Assembly (NCBI GenBank): GCA_002269645.1
Contig: NIVC01003095.1
Coordinates: forward strand, 55,763-119,762
Origin: Macrostomum lignano
Lineage: Eukaryota
Direction: 5' to 3'
DNA: 64,000 nt
Below the pieces are notes generated by a model. The model had not been told where the DNA came from. It worked only from the letters and a program-made list of their open reading frames with translations, and did no database searches. This document shows positions 12,033 through 23,400 of this stretch, one piece after another. Position 1 is the first letter of the stretch. Each line of letters starts with the position of its first letter. The translations under genes and the position numbers were made by a program.

Positions 12033-12420
12033 TTGACAATAAACAATAAACCAAGTCTGCAGCCATTGATTGCATTAACATTAACTGATATTGCTATTGC
12101 CAAGTGCTACCACTACAAAATTGCCTCTGCCGTATTCAGTTGCCTTCGCCGATTACTCTCGAGGCTACCACATTAATCCATCACAATATCATTATATCAA
12201 ATATCAAATATCATATTATTAGACAACTAAAATAAGTGGTTGATAGAACAAGGCATTTCTAGATATAATTTTAAAGAGAATTTTAATCAAAATATATACA
12301 TTATTATAATAGTGAGATAGGTATTTTTGTTTGAATTATAGCCTATTGCATTATGACTAGGAGATAATGAATTATATTTAAAATGATAGGATTTGTTTAA
12401 ATGAATAAGCTTTTTGGGCA

Positions 12421-12524
12421 ATCTTCAAGTTTTGTTCGTTTAATTATTTCCGGAATTATTTTCGCCCTCTATTCAAGGGTGGTGGGGGGTGGATGTTGGA
12501 ATTAAACGAACGAAACTTGAAGAT
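12421..12524. repeat. Short inverted repeat (MITE-like)
   Basis: ATCTTCAAGTTTTGTTCGTTTAATT (12421-12445) pairs with AATTAAACGAACGAAACTTGAAGAT (12500-12524) with 1 mismatch. Confidence 0.6.
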
Positions 12525-13967
12525 AACTGCTTTTTGAATTGTGTATTATTTAACTATATATTTTATACATACCTCCCTACCTCTACTCTGCTTATATATA
12601 TATTTTAATTTTCTTCATTTCTCTTTGACCCCCTCACTTTGTTCTATAAGTTGTATTAAAACAAATTTAATTTTAAGACAATCTTAATTTTTATCTAGGC
12701 TACAGTAAAAGAATGCATTTAAACTTTATTTAATATCTTATCATTTGAAAAAATGAATTTTGGAATTTACAATGAGGGTACAAACATTTTGGGAAAGATT
12801 GCCCTTGGGCCTTATTAAGTTTAGTTGGTTTTAGTTGGATTTTTTAGAAAAGAGAGAACACCTAACCTAAGCAGTAACCAGTAAGCAGTAGGCTAAGACT
12901 AAAAGTCAAATAAATAATATAAATTAAATAACAGATATATATGATTATAAAACATATAATGAAAATAGTGACGAGGCAATGTGACACATAATTTAATGTG
13001 ATGAGTTAGAATTCTATAAAATAAAATCAAACTCACAAGAGTCAAGAGATAACTAAAACTAAATGTTCGCTACTAGGTCTAATTAAAAATTTTTATTATC
13101 AAAGAGGACATTAAGAACCAGAAGACTGCTTGAAAACTAAAATGAGTCTCTTAGGTTTATTTAAAAATAGTTAATAATAGTTTTTTTTGCCTGTGTGACG
13201 AATTTAATCTGGCAGTCCTTGGCAGAACAAGACCGAAGAAAAATGCAAGAATAGCGCAGTCCAATAGTCAATTGAATTGATATATTTTGCTTGCTTAGTT
13301 AGCCAAGTTTTTTATTTATTTTTAAGTAGCGACGAAAAACGAACAGTTAATATAAAACGATAGATGATACAGCGAATTGTAATTGGCTGAGAGTTACGAT
13401 GGGCGCTGGGCAAATTATTGATTTGTTAAAAATTCATCACTTGCCGACATATAAAAGCCGATTCAATGAATGTACTCGTACACAGAATTCATACAAAATA
13501 TGATACACTTACGTAGTAGTCTACTGATAGTAAAAATGATAGTAAAACAATGAAGTTTTCCACAAGTCCCCCGTCACACCTGTCTAATCAGACAAATCAA
13601 AAGCGAAATGAAGCAAAAATCCAACGCTTAACTTAAACTAAATTCTCGGACAATAAATTCGTCTATACAATAGAATTTAAAGATGCTGACTGTAAACAAT
13701 TTTGGTGACCGCGCATATCTAACGAGTCACGAAAAGGCGTTAAATTCATCCCCCTGCATTTTTTATAAATAAGTGCTGAAAACTCTGGGCGATTTTCAAT
13801 TTTTATTCTTTTTATTTGACAGAAAATATACCAAGCTAGAGCATTTAAAGATAGCTTGAATCGGACTAAAAATGCATCTCGATCCAAATACTTCGTATAT
13901 ACATTTTCTCGGTATACTATGGACTTCTATTGCTGGGGAATACAATCGTCAATTTATTTGTAGCATA

Positions 13968-15654
13968 TGATGAGGACGCATCTTTTTTCAATCTTAAAAC
14001 CGCACATTTTGCTCCGATGCGCTTTTCCCCCTATTGTCAGTAGGCTAGCTTAGAAATTTCTCTCTATTCTCTCATTTAGGCTGAGTTCTATACTAATTTA
14101 TGACATTACTATTAATCATGTTAGATACTCAATGTACTTACCTTAGGATTCTTATATTTTGGGTTATTTACGCATCTCTAAAGGTCAGGCTATCCGGTTC
14201 TGAGGTGGTTTGACCTCTAACAGTCTAGACAGGCGACACTAAGTCTGGGAGGAATGTTTTTAATCTCATTCTGACCCCCTGATCTGTGACTTTTTCGCTA
14301 TTTTAGTGACTTATGGCGGCCTAGTTGTCACTTTGGCTCCAGCCTGGGTCAAAGAGGTCTTTCCAGTCTCCTCCCCACTCGCTCTATTACCTTCTCCTTT
14401 TATTTATGGGCTTTTGCAGTCACTTTCGGCGCCAGGATGTCTAGACAAGTGACTTTTATTCGGTTTTGCTTATGATTTATGACCGCGCCTGTCAACTTCC
14501 CGGGGGTCTGAAGGCCACCTGGTGGGGTTTGGGGTCCTGAGCTCAGCCAATCAGAGTCGACCTTACCGCCCCCGGCTCGACCAATCAGAAAATTCGGCGC
14601 CGATTTTAACAAAGGCTCTCAGCCAATGGGAAAATTCGGCGCTCGTTACAACAAACGGCCGCGTTAGATCTATAAAAGGCGGCATGTTGGCCCGCGCTCG
14701 ACAAAAATCGCAAGGTGTGCGTTGAGAACCAGGTGTTCGTTCAGTCCCTGGCAACCTTGGACTCCTTGGGCGGAGCTCTCTCCAACGCTCGTCCTTCGGC
14801 CGAGGTCACTTGTGATCCCCTTCCCCCTGGCAGTATCGGCTTCAACAGTTAAGTCCCCCGTGATCAGTATCGTCAGTACTTCCCGGTCGTGATCTAGGAG
14901 CAGCAACAGCAACCAGCAAGTGAAGAGAACGGCGGCACTCGTCAGTTAAGATCAGCATCAGCATCCCACCCGAGCGCTTCGGTCTCTGTGGAATCCTTGG
15001 CTACCGCGGCAGATTGGTCCTCTGATTGGTTGGGTGAGAGGCTTTCTTGACCTGCTTAACTGGGTGCGCCCTTTGTCTGACCCCTTCCTAGGTAGTCTGA
15101 TAGGATATGCACTTTTTTACTTGTTTTTGTGCCAAACTTGAGGCAGAAGTTTCATTTAATACTAAAAGTAGCCATTTGCTGTGACTCAATTTAAGGCGTT
15201 TGGGATTGCGGATTAAGTGAGAAAGTTAAATCTGGAAGTTAACCATTTGGAAGCCAAAGGCCTGCACTGCAGGCCATACCGAAACGGCCCAGAAACCCAG
15301 AGATTGAAAAATGTCTATAGCATCAAAAACCATCTCCCAATCACTAAAGCAAGTGCCCAGTATGGCCTGCTGTGCAGGCCATGACTGATTTAAAGACGTC
15401 CATTATGAATTTCCATTGTGTTTTCACTCAAATGGGAAATGTTAAAGGGGAAATAAAGCGTGGATGAATTAGCATGGATCTGGACAGAGACCAGGATTTC
15501 CGGGACATTGGCTGCAGCAAAATACTGTCTTCTTAGCTGGAACGTCAGGTTTCAAATTCGGAATCGTTTGCTTGGGCGAGTCTGGGCTTCCGTTGCTAGG
15601 AGTCGTCCGTGTATATGTGGTATCCTTCGCCCAGCACTTCGCGGCTAAGCTCAA
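13968..15654 (+). mobile_element. Older LTR of a family related to the adjacent Gypsy element (solo or interrupted LTR)
   Basis: Starts with the same TGATGAGGACGC as the Gypsy LTRs. It shares the cassette GATTTATG.CCGC.CCTGTCA, AGCCAATCAGAAAATTCGGCGC, a TATA box (14671) and CTGATTGGTTGGGTGAGAGGCT, but is otherwise diverged. Confidence 0.7.
14543..14680 (+). promoter_or_regulatory. Promoter of the older LTR: three CCAAT boxes plus TATAAAA
   Basis: CCAAT at about 14548, 14581 and 14623; TATAAAAGG at 14671. Confidence 0.55.
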
Positions 15655-17654
15655 TGATGAGGACGCACTTTTTCCCAAATCCCGCGCTAGCACATGGGCT
15701 CTAAACTTACTTGCCTACTAACAGTGGGCAATGGGCATTTTTATCCTTTTTCTGCGAATTTTCATAGAAACTATACTAGATATAATGTCTGGTCATACTA
15801 GTAGTCATAATAACATAGGCGCAGCTTTTTGGGTCGTAAATCATCGCTTTCGAAGCTGATCTGACAGCCACCTGCGCCTCACTCAGTGTTGAAGCGGGCG
15901 CCAGATGGTCTGAGAGGATGCGGGCGGTAGCTTTTTTCTCTCATCATTTTGACAGGCCATCAAGATTTATGAGGTCAGAGCCTATTGTTCGGATTCACTC
16001 AAGCGTGTGACAGCTTTGACAGCTATGCGTTGTACCCCTAAAAGTACCTTGGGATCAGCGATTAGCGATTTCTCTTCATTATCTTCACTTTCTATTTAAT
16101 AAGAGCTTTCTAATGTATATTTTTTCATTAATTTCTGTCAATCCTACGCGAAAAGTCATAAATCATTTTGTTGCGATTTTGAGTGATTTATGGCCGCACC
16201 TGTCATCTTTTTACGACCCTGTGGGAACTGATAGGATCTCTCGGTCACGTGATTCTGGGTAGCAACGAGCTTAGCCAATCAGAAAATTCGGCGCTCATTT
16301 TAACAAAACGGCTCAGCCAATCAGAATCGACGTGTTCCGTTATAACAAACTGCGGTCCAGTTGGCGGCTATTTAAACCGGAGTTTTTGGCCCGCTCGGAC
16401 GCAACTTCTTCTTACTTTGGCTCGGGCCCAGCGCGCAACTTCTGGTTCCCGGAGCACGACCGTCGTTTCTTGATCCCCGGATTGCAACTTCCCCCATCAT
16501 CATCAAGGACGAGTCCCCCGGTCGACAGCAGCGAACATCCAGTTAAGAGCATCACCTGCTAGCTAACAGCGAAGATTGTGACAGCATCATCCCGAGTCTA
16601 CAGCTGCAGAGCATCGAGCCGATTCGGTCACTGTGGAATACCTGGTCTCCGGCTGTTGAGTTTCTGATTGGTTGGGTGAGAGGCTACCTAGACTTGCTTG
16701 ATTGGGTGATCCCTTTTCTGTCCCCTGTTGCAGTAGCTGAATTAGGCGCACACTTTTGCTCATTTTGTTCAGTGGTGCTGTTACTGAGGCAGAAATCATT
16801 CAATAATACTGCCAGTAGTCTGAAACTCCAATTCGATCCGAAGTGTGAAGTGATCTAAGGAGAAGGTTAAAACTGACAGTTATTTTTATCGGTTTTAGTT
16901 CTTTGTTCGCCGATGGCTCAGATGAGTAGCTAAGCTAGTAGGCGCCGGTCACAGTGGACCAATGGCAAGGCGGTTCTCAGTCGATCAATCAATCAAATCA
17001 GTGAGCAAAACTGCCAGAAGTGCAGAATCGGCGCCAGAGATGTACTTTGTGCACTCTAGGTTAGCCAAGCGGCTCGGGTAATGAATCATGCGAGGTCTCT
17101 GAAGTTCGAGTTAGTCTATCATCAGCGCTATGAGAGGCTAGTTGGCGCGTTGAAGGCTAAAAGTACATATCTTCGTATTTAGCAATGTAATAGTACATGT
17201 AGCTACCCCATAGACTCGCCACCGCAAGAATCCCCTGCACAAGTCCCCTCTGTACCTGCATGGCCAACGCGATCTAGTCCCAGCAGTGTCCCTTATCATC
17301 GGCTATGACTTCGAGATTGACAGCAAAAAGACACTAGTTGGCAGGTAAGTGCAAAGCCCCTTCTAGTCGGAAGCCCGATTTCGAGAGTCCCGGTGTGGTG
17401 AGCCAGGGCGCACGGGCTGGTGGCAGCAAGTTAGTTGATCTGCGGATTAGCTAATTTCTACTTTCAAAATTCTCCCTGCTCGTCTCTCGCTGTCCCTCTC
17501 TTAGCTATAGGACCTAGACTGCTCGCCACACGATCAAGCTACCATGGGGCTGACCATCTGACAGGAGTGGGGGGCCAGGTCTCTAATTGATTTATTTCTG
17601 AGCCTGAGGCCCGAAGGCTTCCCTAACAAGGAGCCCGAAGGTCGAAACCCATCA
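15655..17654 (+). repeat. 5' LTR (2000 bp, TG...CA)
   Basis: Runs TGATGAGG...CCCATCA and is followed after 2 nt by the PBS. It is repeated at 26780. Confidence 0.92.
16271..16376 (+). promoter_or_regulatory. LTR promoter: two CCAAT boxes and TATTTAAA (also at +11125 in the 3' LTR)
   Basis: AGCCAATCAGA occurs twice, and TATTTAAA is at 16369-16376. The layout is conserved in the older LTR. Confidence 0.55.
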
Positions 17655-17656
17655 AA

Positions 17657-17674
17657 TGGTGGCAGCGGTGGGAT
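17657..17674 (+). other. Primer-binding site complementary to the tRNA-Leu 3' end
   Basis: TGGTGGCAGCGGTGGGAT is the reverse complement of ...AUCCCACCGCUGCCACCA, the 3' end of eukaryotic tRNA-Leu. Confidence 0.85.
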
Positions 17675-20182
17675 ATGGTAAACACTAGCCGGTAGGAAGT
17701 GGTAAAGTGCTCACCGGTAGTGATGGCTGGTAAATGGCAAATTGTGACAGAATTATAAAATCGAGTTGCGCCGTTTAGATTTCAAAATTGGGAATTTAGG
17801 TTTCTTTCAAATTACTGTAAGTAGTCAGTTGCGATAGCTTTTCAAGTCTGAGTTATGAGAGTCCAAAAATGCACAAAAAAATTATGCTACTGGAACCAAA
17901 AAAATTACTAGTATGAATTGCTTATCATTAAATGCATGCCTAATCAAAAAATCAACCAAAAAATTTATAAAATTCAAAAAGCCAGAGCATATAAAAAAAA
18001 ATCAACCCCGCACAGATAACTCTCTCAGCTTGATCAGTTAGCTAGGCTCTCTGCTTAGTTCTCCAGTTTTGATTTCAGCCAGCTAATTATGCGGAAAATA
18101 GAGACTTAGGATAGTTCTTGTACTTTTGCTAAACAGAAAAGTTTCGAACTGATCACTCGAAATTAAGCTATTAATTTTTGTCGTGTAGACAAGAGGCCAT
18201 TATCCGAATGATAATGCTTCCTCGGCCAAAACGTTCATTATAGAATGCTGACAGCGCTCGTAGTTTTTGTCTTGTTTGCAAAATTTAGAATCAGGCAGCT
18301 TTTTGGATGTGCGAAGCCTTGGTTTCATACGCAGGGCCTCACGGGTTTTGGGTTCAAAGGTTATACTCTGGAGCAGATTAGTACGGGACAGTCGGATTAG
18401 CGTACTGTGTGATTATAGTATCATTTCGATTTAAATCGGGGTGTTCTATCTGAGTGCTTCTCACGAATTGTTGTCCGCTATTCGGGCTTTGGTGGTATAA
18501 ATCGCCTTAAGTGGCAACGGAGAGCTCAAATTCCCACCGCAATTCTCGGTATTCCGGCTAACAATGGCAAGTGCTGTGCCGTTGGGCCTCTGGATGCGCT
18601 GGGTCAGACATCCATGTCCTGAAAAATATGTCTGGGGTTGATGGCTACCGGAACGCGAGAACAGCCACGCTACTTTGGGTTTGGGTACAGAATTGTGAGG
18701 TCTGAAGTTACTTTAAGTTCGTACATTTACCATCTGCTTAGCCTAGGAGTCTGGGAAGTGTGTAGGTATTACTTTCAGTAGTACAGTTTGCCAGTGCACA
18801 TGTAATTTTTCCTGGTTGCGGAATTTAGGGTTTGGAAGTTTGCTTTTGCTCTTTTGGTTCTTTCTTAGAATCGGAGGGGTATCTAATGTAAATACAGTAA
18901 GGAAAGCGGAGAGAATTACCCACACGGTGCCATGGTAGTATGTGCGAATTCCAGCTACCGCTCTGGTTAACGATTCTGCAGAGAGCAGAAAACGCCGTGG
19001 CTATTCATTTTTATGATAGCAAGAGGAGGGGAGCGCAGCTTTGTCTGGACAGACTCTACTGACTCAAGACACAGATGTCTTCTGTGGTTCGCCGCTATAA
19101 AAATACCCGACCCGATAACGTAGGGTCATAATATTTGACAAACTTTCCTGCTGCCCATAGTTTTTTCTATGATCAAAATTCTTAGGGACCGTGCCAAAAG
19201 GTTTTGTTGCGGAGTGAACACTACACTACGGACCTGCTTAACTCCTTGTGTATTATCTGTCTGTTCGCGAGTATCGTTTATTAGGTGTAATCCGCCCTCA
19301 CCGGTCAATGCTGACGAAAGCTACACAGAGGGGCCACTGGGCGCGCTGGGTCAGACGTCCAAGTTCCGCTAAAAGATCAGCCTTGATGGGGATTGTGAAT
19401 CTGTCTAGCCGTAGCAGCACCCGGACGGTTTCCTAGCGGCGATACCACGCAGGAGAGCTCTGATACACATGAGGTGCCCACATATTGGCGCCTGCAATTT
19501 AGACTAATGAGAGCTGATGAGACCCTCCATGATTTACTAGCCCATCAAAATTATTCGGAAGCAAAAAGAGCCGCTCAGAGAGAAAGAGAGACTGAGACTG
19601 TAGTAGCCTGCGGAAAGCTGTGGCCTTAGCCCAGTTGAGAACCAGTGAGTTTAAAAGCAGCAATTCGAGAAAATCCGAGATCGGATTCAAGACAGAGACA
19701 GAAGGATTTTAGGTGTGAAAAATTTGAGTCAAGTGTGACTGCGGTGTGAGTGGAATAAGTGAAGTTTCCGCTTCGTTGGTTTTTGCATATTTTTTCCATT
19801 TTTGTGCTGTGTTTGCGATCATTATCGCAAGCCCCGCGCTCGTATTGTACGCTTTTTGTATATAGATCGCGTATCTTTTGCTTATTTGCGTGTTTTATGC
19901 TTTTTGCTTATTTTTGCTTGTAATTGATTGTTTTAGCTTTGAGCTCCCCAACTCGCGGCGCTCAACCCCCCATTGCTTACTTGTGTCAAAACCCTACCCC
20001 AGTTAGGCTTTTTGCACAATCTCCTCCCCCCCTTCCCCCCATTCGATTCGATTCATTGCCATTGTCTTGCTTTGATGCAGACACCCAATTTCGGCTAGTA
20101 GCCAATTGCATTCATTTTTTCCGCCCCGGTTCAGATTTTCATCCTTTAGTTCTGTCCCGGCAACTGGTGTTGTGCCCGAACT

Positions 20183-20452
20183 ATGGAAACATGTAATTCC
20201 AGTACTAGTGGAGTAGGAGGGTTCGGTAGTAACGAGAGTTTTTATACCGAATCAGAATCAGAGGTAGGAGAGCCCCCACCTTTTCCTGGGGCTAGCCTGC
20301 CGCCAACTAGGATGGAGACTAACCAAAGAATCCCGTTTCACGTCGCACCTTTCAACGGGCGCAACGAGAATGTCTTCTTATGGTTTAAACGTTTAGAATT
20401 TAAGTTCCAATCGGAGTGCATTCACAGGGGGTTGAGAAAGCGAATACCTTGA
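20183..20452 (+). CDS. gag: Gag N-terminal part; continues in ORF 20416 after a frameshift
   Basis: PFNGRNENVFLWFKRLEFKF is a capsid-like start. The Gag-like continuation EKANTLINHLEG lies in the -1 frame. Confidence 0.7.
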   Translation: METCNSSTSGVGGFGSNESFYTESESEVGEPPPFPGASLPPTRMETNQRIPFHVAPFNGRNENVFLWFKRLEFKFQSECIHRGLRKRIP

Positions 20453-23400
20453 TAAATCACTTAGAAGGAGACTGGCGAGATGTGGCAATCTTCCACCGGT
20501 GCAGAGGTCGAAGTTATCACGAAATCAAGGACATAATCATCAGCCAGGTAGTTCAAGCGTACACCCAACTCGCCCGAAGGAACATGATTGAGGAAATTTG
20601 CCAACGAGAAAACGAGAGCCGCCCTGTCTTCGTCGCCCGTTTGTCTTGCACGATCGATTGGTTAGCTGCGGAGTTCCCACCCAACTTGCGAGAAAAGGAG
20701 AAGCTTAGGGTTTACCTCACTCAGGCCAGAGCATCGAAGGAGATTAGGACGCAACTCATCACTTCAGGCCTCTCAAAGGTTGAAGCCCTTCTGCAAAGGC
20801 ATGAGGAGTTAGAAGAGGCGCAGTGCCTTGCTGATCAGATAGAGCGGAAGCTGCGGGCAGAAAGGGAGATCCCCGAGGAAACAGAGGTTGAGGTGGTAGA
20901 CGATCGTAGCATGTGGGTAGAAGTCGATGAGGACACTCTCATTCCGGCGTGGAGTGAGAAGTCTTTTGAGGCCAAGCTTAGTGAAGGTCAGGTTGGTGAA
21001 GGCGAGAGTTGGTACATGGAGGGTGACGCCGATCTTGAGGAGGAACCGATTCAAGTTGCTCGTACTGTCTCAGTCGCACTCGAAGGATTTCTAAGGGTCC
21101 ATGTTATGAATTTGGATGATGAAGATATCATGTTGAGAAAGGGGGCCCGACTTGGGCGCGCCTGGAGGGCAAGGAACATTGAAGGGCTACCCGAATTCGA
21201 AGCCCCCCCAATGCCAGTGGCCACCGTCAACCGGCTGCGAGCCGAAGCTGATGATCCAGCTTGGTTGAACGAGTTGGACCTGGGCGCGCAATTGTCTGAA
21301 GATCAGAAAGAAGACCTGCTAGATTTGTTTCGAAGAAATCGCGACCGCTTTGCAGCAGATGAGGCAGAACTAGAAGTGACCGACGTGGTCTCTCACGAGA
21401 TTAAGCTCACGAACAAAGAGCCAATCAAGATGGCGGCTCGGCGACTCCCGCAGGCATACCAAGGAGAGGTCCGTGAGCAGGTGAAAGGATGGATTGATGC
21501 AGGGAAGGTGTCTGTTTCCACCAGTCCATACTCCGCCGCGCTAGTCTTGGTGCCCAAGAAAAGCGGAGAGCTTCGGATTTGCATCGACTATCGTGAAATC
21601 AATGACCGAAGCACCGCCGAGGTGACCCCACTTCCGAGGATCGATGAAATTCTTTCGTCACTGGGTGGCAATAAGTTCTTCTCCTCTTTGGACTTACGGT
21701 CTGGGTATCACCAGGTTCCGATTGATCCCGAGTGCAAACCATTCACTGCCTTTGCTGTTCCTAATATGGGACTATTTGAGTGGAATGTCATGCCTTTTGG
21801 TCTCAAAGGAGCCCCATCGACTTTCTCCAGGCTCATGAGTATCGTATTGGCTGAACTGCAGCCCTCAGTGGCCATGGCGTACATTGACGACGTCCTGGTG
21901 TACTCCAAAGATTGGGAGTCGCACCTTCACCACTTGCAATTGGTGCTCAATAAGCTCAGGGCTGCGAAGCTCAAGCTCAAGCCTAGCAAATGTTCCTTCG
22001 CAAAGCCAGAATTAGACTTCCTGGGTTTCCGCGTCTCAGAGGCGGGAATCTCTACCGATCCGCACAAGGTTTGTGCAGTTCAAGACTGGCCAAGACCCAG
22101 GACGGTCAAGGAAATCCAGTCATTCCTTGGGTTTGTGAACTATTATCGCCAGTTTGTCCCCGACTTTAGTGAACTAGCAAGCAAGTTGACCCAACTTACG
22201 AGGAAAGGGACAAAGAATGTTGCCCAAAAGTGGGGAGCCGAGCATGAAGCTGCGTTCCTAGAACTCAAGAAGAGGCTAGTGAGCGCACCAGTGCTTGCCC
22301 ATCCAAACTTCGAACTAGGAGCTGGCGAGTTCATCCTTGACTGTGACGCAAGTCTAAACTCCATTGGGGCGGTGCTCAGTCAGAGACAGGAAGATGGGAG
22401 CGAGAGAGCCATCGCTTTTGGCAGTAAGACTCTTAGCAAGACTGAGATGAATCATTGCGTCACTAAGCTTGAAATGAAAAGCCTTGTGTTCTTCACTGGT
22501 CACTTCCGCTACTATCTCCTGGGGCGACCGTTTCTTGTCCGAACCGATCATCGTTCGCTAAAGTGGCTGAAGAATTTCAAGGATCCGGCTGGTATGATTG
22601 CTCGGTGGATTAACCATCTAGCCGAGTACGACTTCACGGTCGAATACCGCCCGGGGAGGTTGCACACGAACGCCGACGCTCTTAGCAGGCGTCCGGCTCA
22701 CCGACACGGCGACTGTCCAGTCTGTCGTCCGTCAGAAGAAGGCGTCGCCGTGCAGCCTGAAGAAGAGTTGCCGATCCAACTGACTGCCGAAGTTCGGGCC
22801 GTGTTCACGGAACCGCCGACGCGAGAATCCAGGTTTGGCAGATTGGTGACTGTGGCCGAAATCGAGAAAAAACAGCTGGAAGACCCCATTTTGAGAGAGG
22901 TCTGGCGACTGAAAAAAGATGACGCAAAATGTCCGGAGCGCTTACCAGACCAGCCACAGAGTCTCCTGTTCCGGAAGTTAGCCAGTGTGTGGGGCATCCT
23001 TGAGGTCGAAGAAGGGGTGCTGAAAATCAACACGGATGGCAGCATGCATGGGAAGAAGATAGTACTCCCCGAGGCCTTGGATGAGAAAGTATTTCGGTCA
23101 CTTCACGACGAACCACTCGCAGGACATTTCGGACGCAACAAAGTCGCCGAAAGATTTAAGCTGCGGTTTTGGCGTCCAGGATTGACGAAACGCATTCAAG
23201 AGCTATGCGCTGCATGTGAGGTTTGCATGCGTTCGAAGCCGTTTCACGGGCCTAAGGCATCTGTCCAGGAGTTCGAGCTTAGTGAGAAATTCACCCGAAT
23301 TCACCTTGACTTCGTTGGGCCTCTTGGACGAGGAACGAAGACGCGTAAGGGTAACACCAGCATCCTGACAATCACCGACAGCTACACCGGGTGGGTGGAG

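Noticed and set aside
13963-13967. GCATA precedes both the older LTR and the 3' LTR; the older LTR segment (1687 bp) and the truncated 3' LTR (1685 bp) have nearly equal length
   Set aside because: A five-base match and similar length can be chance. There is no PPT before 13968 and no mechanism I can support.
20410-20452. Programmed -1 frameshift in gag
   Set aside because: There is no XXXYYYZ slippery heptamer and the shift falls inside the capsid region. A 1-bp deletion or consensus error is more likely.
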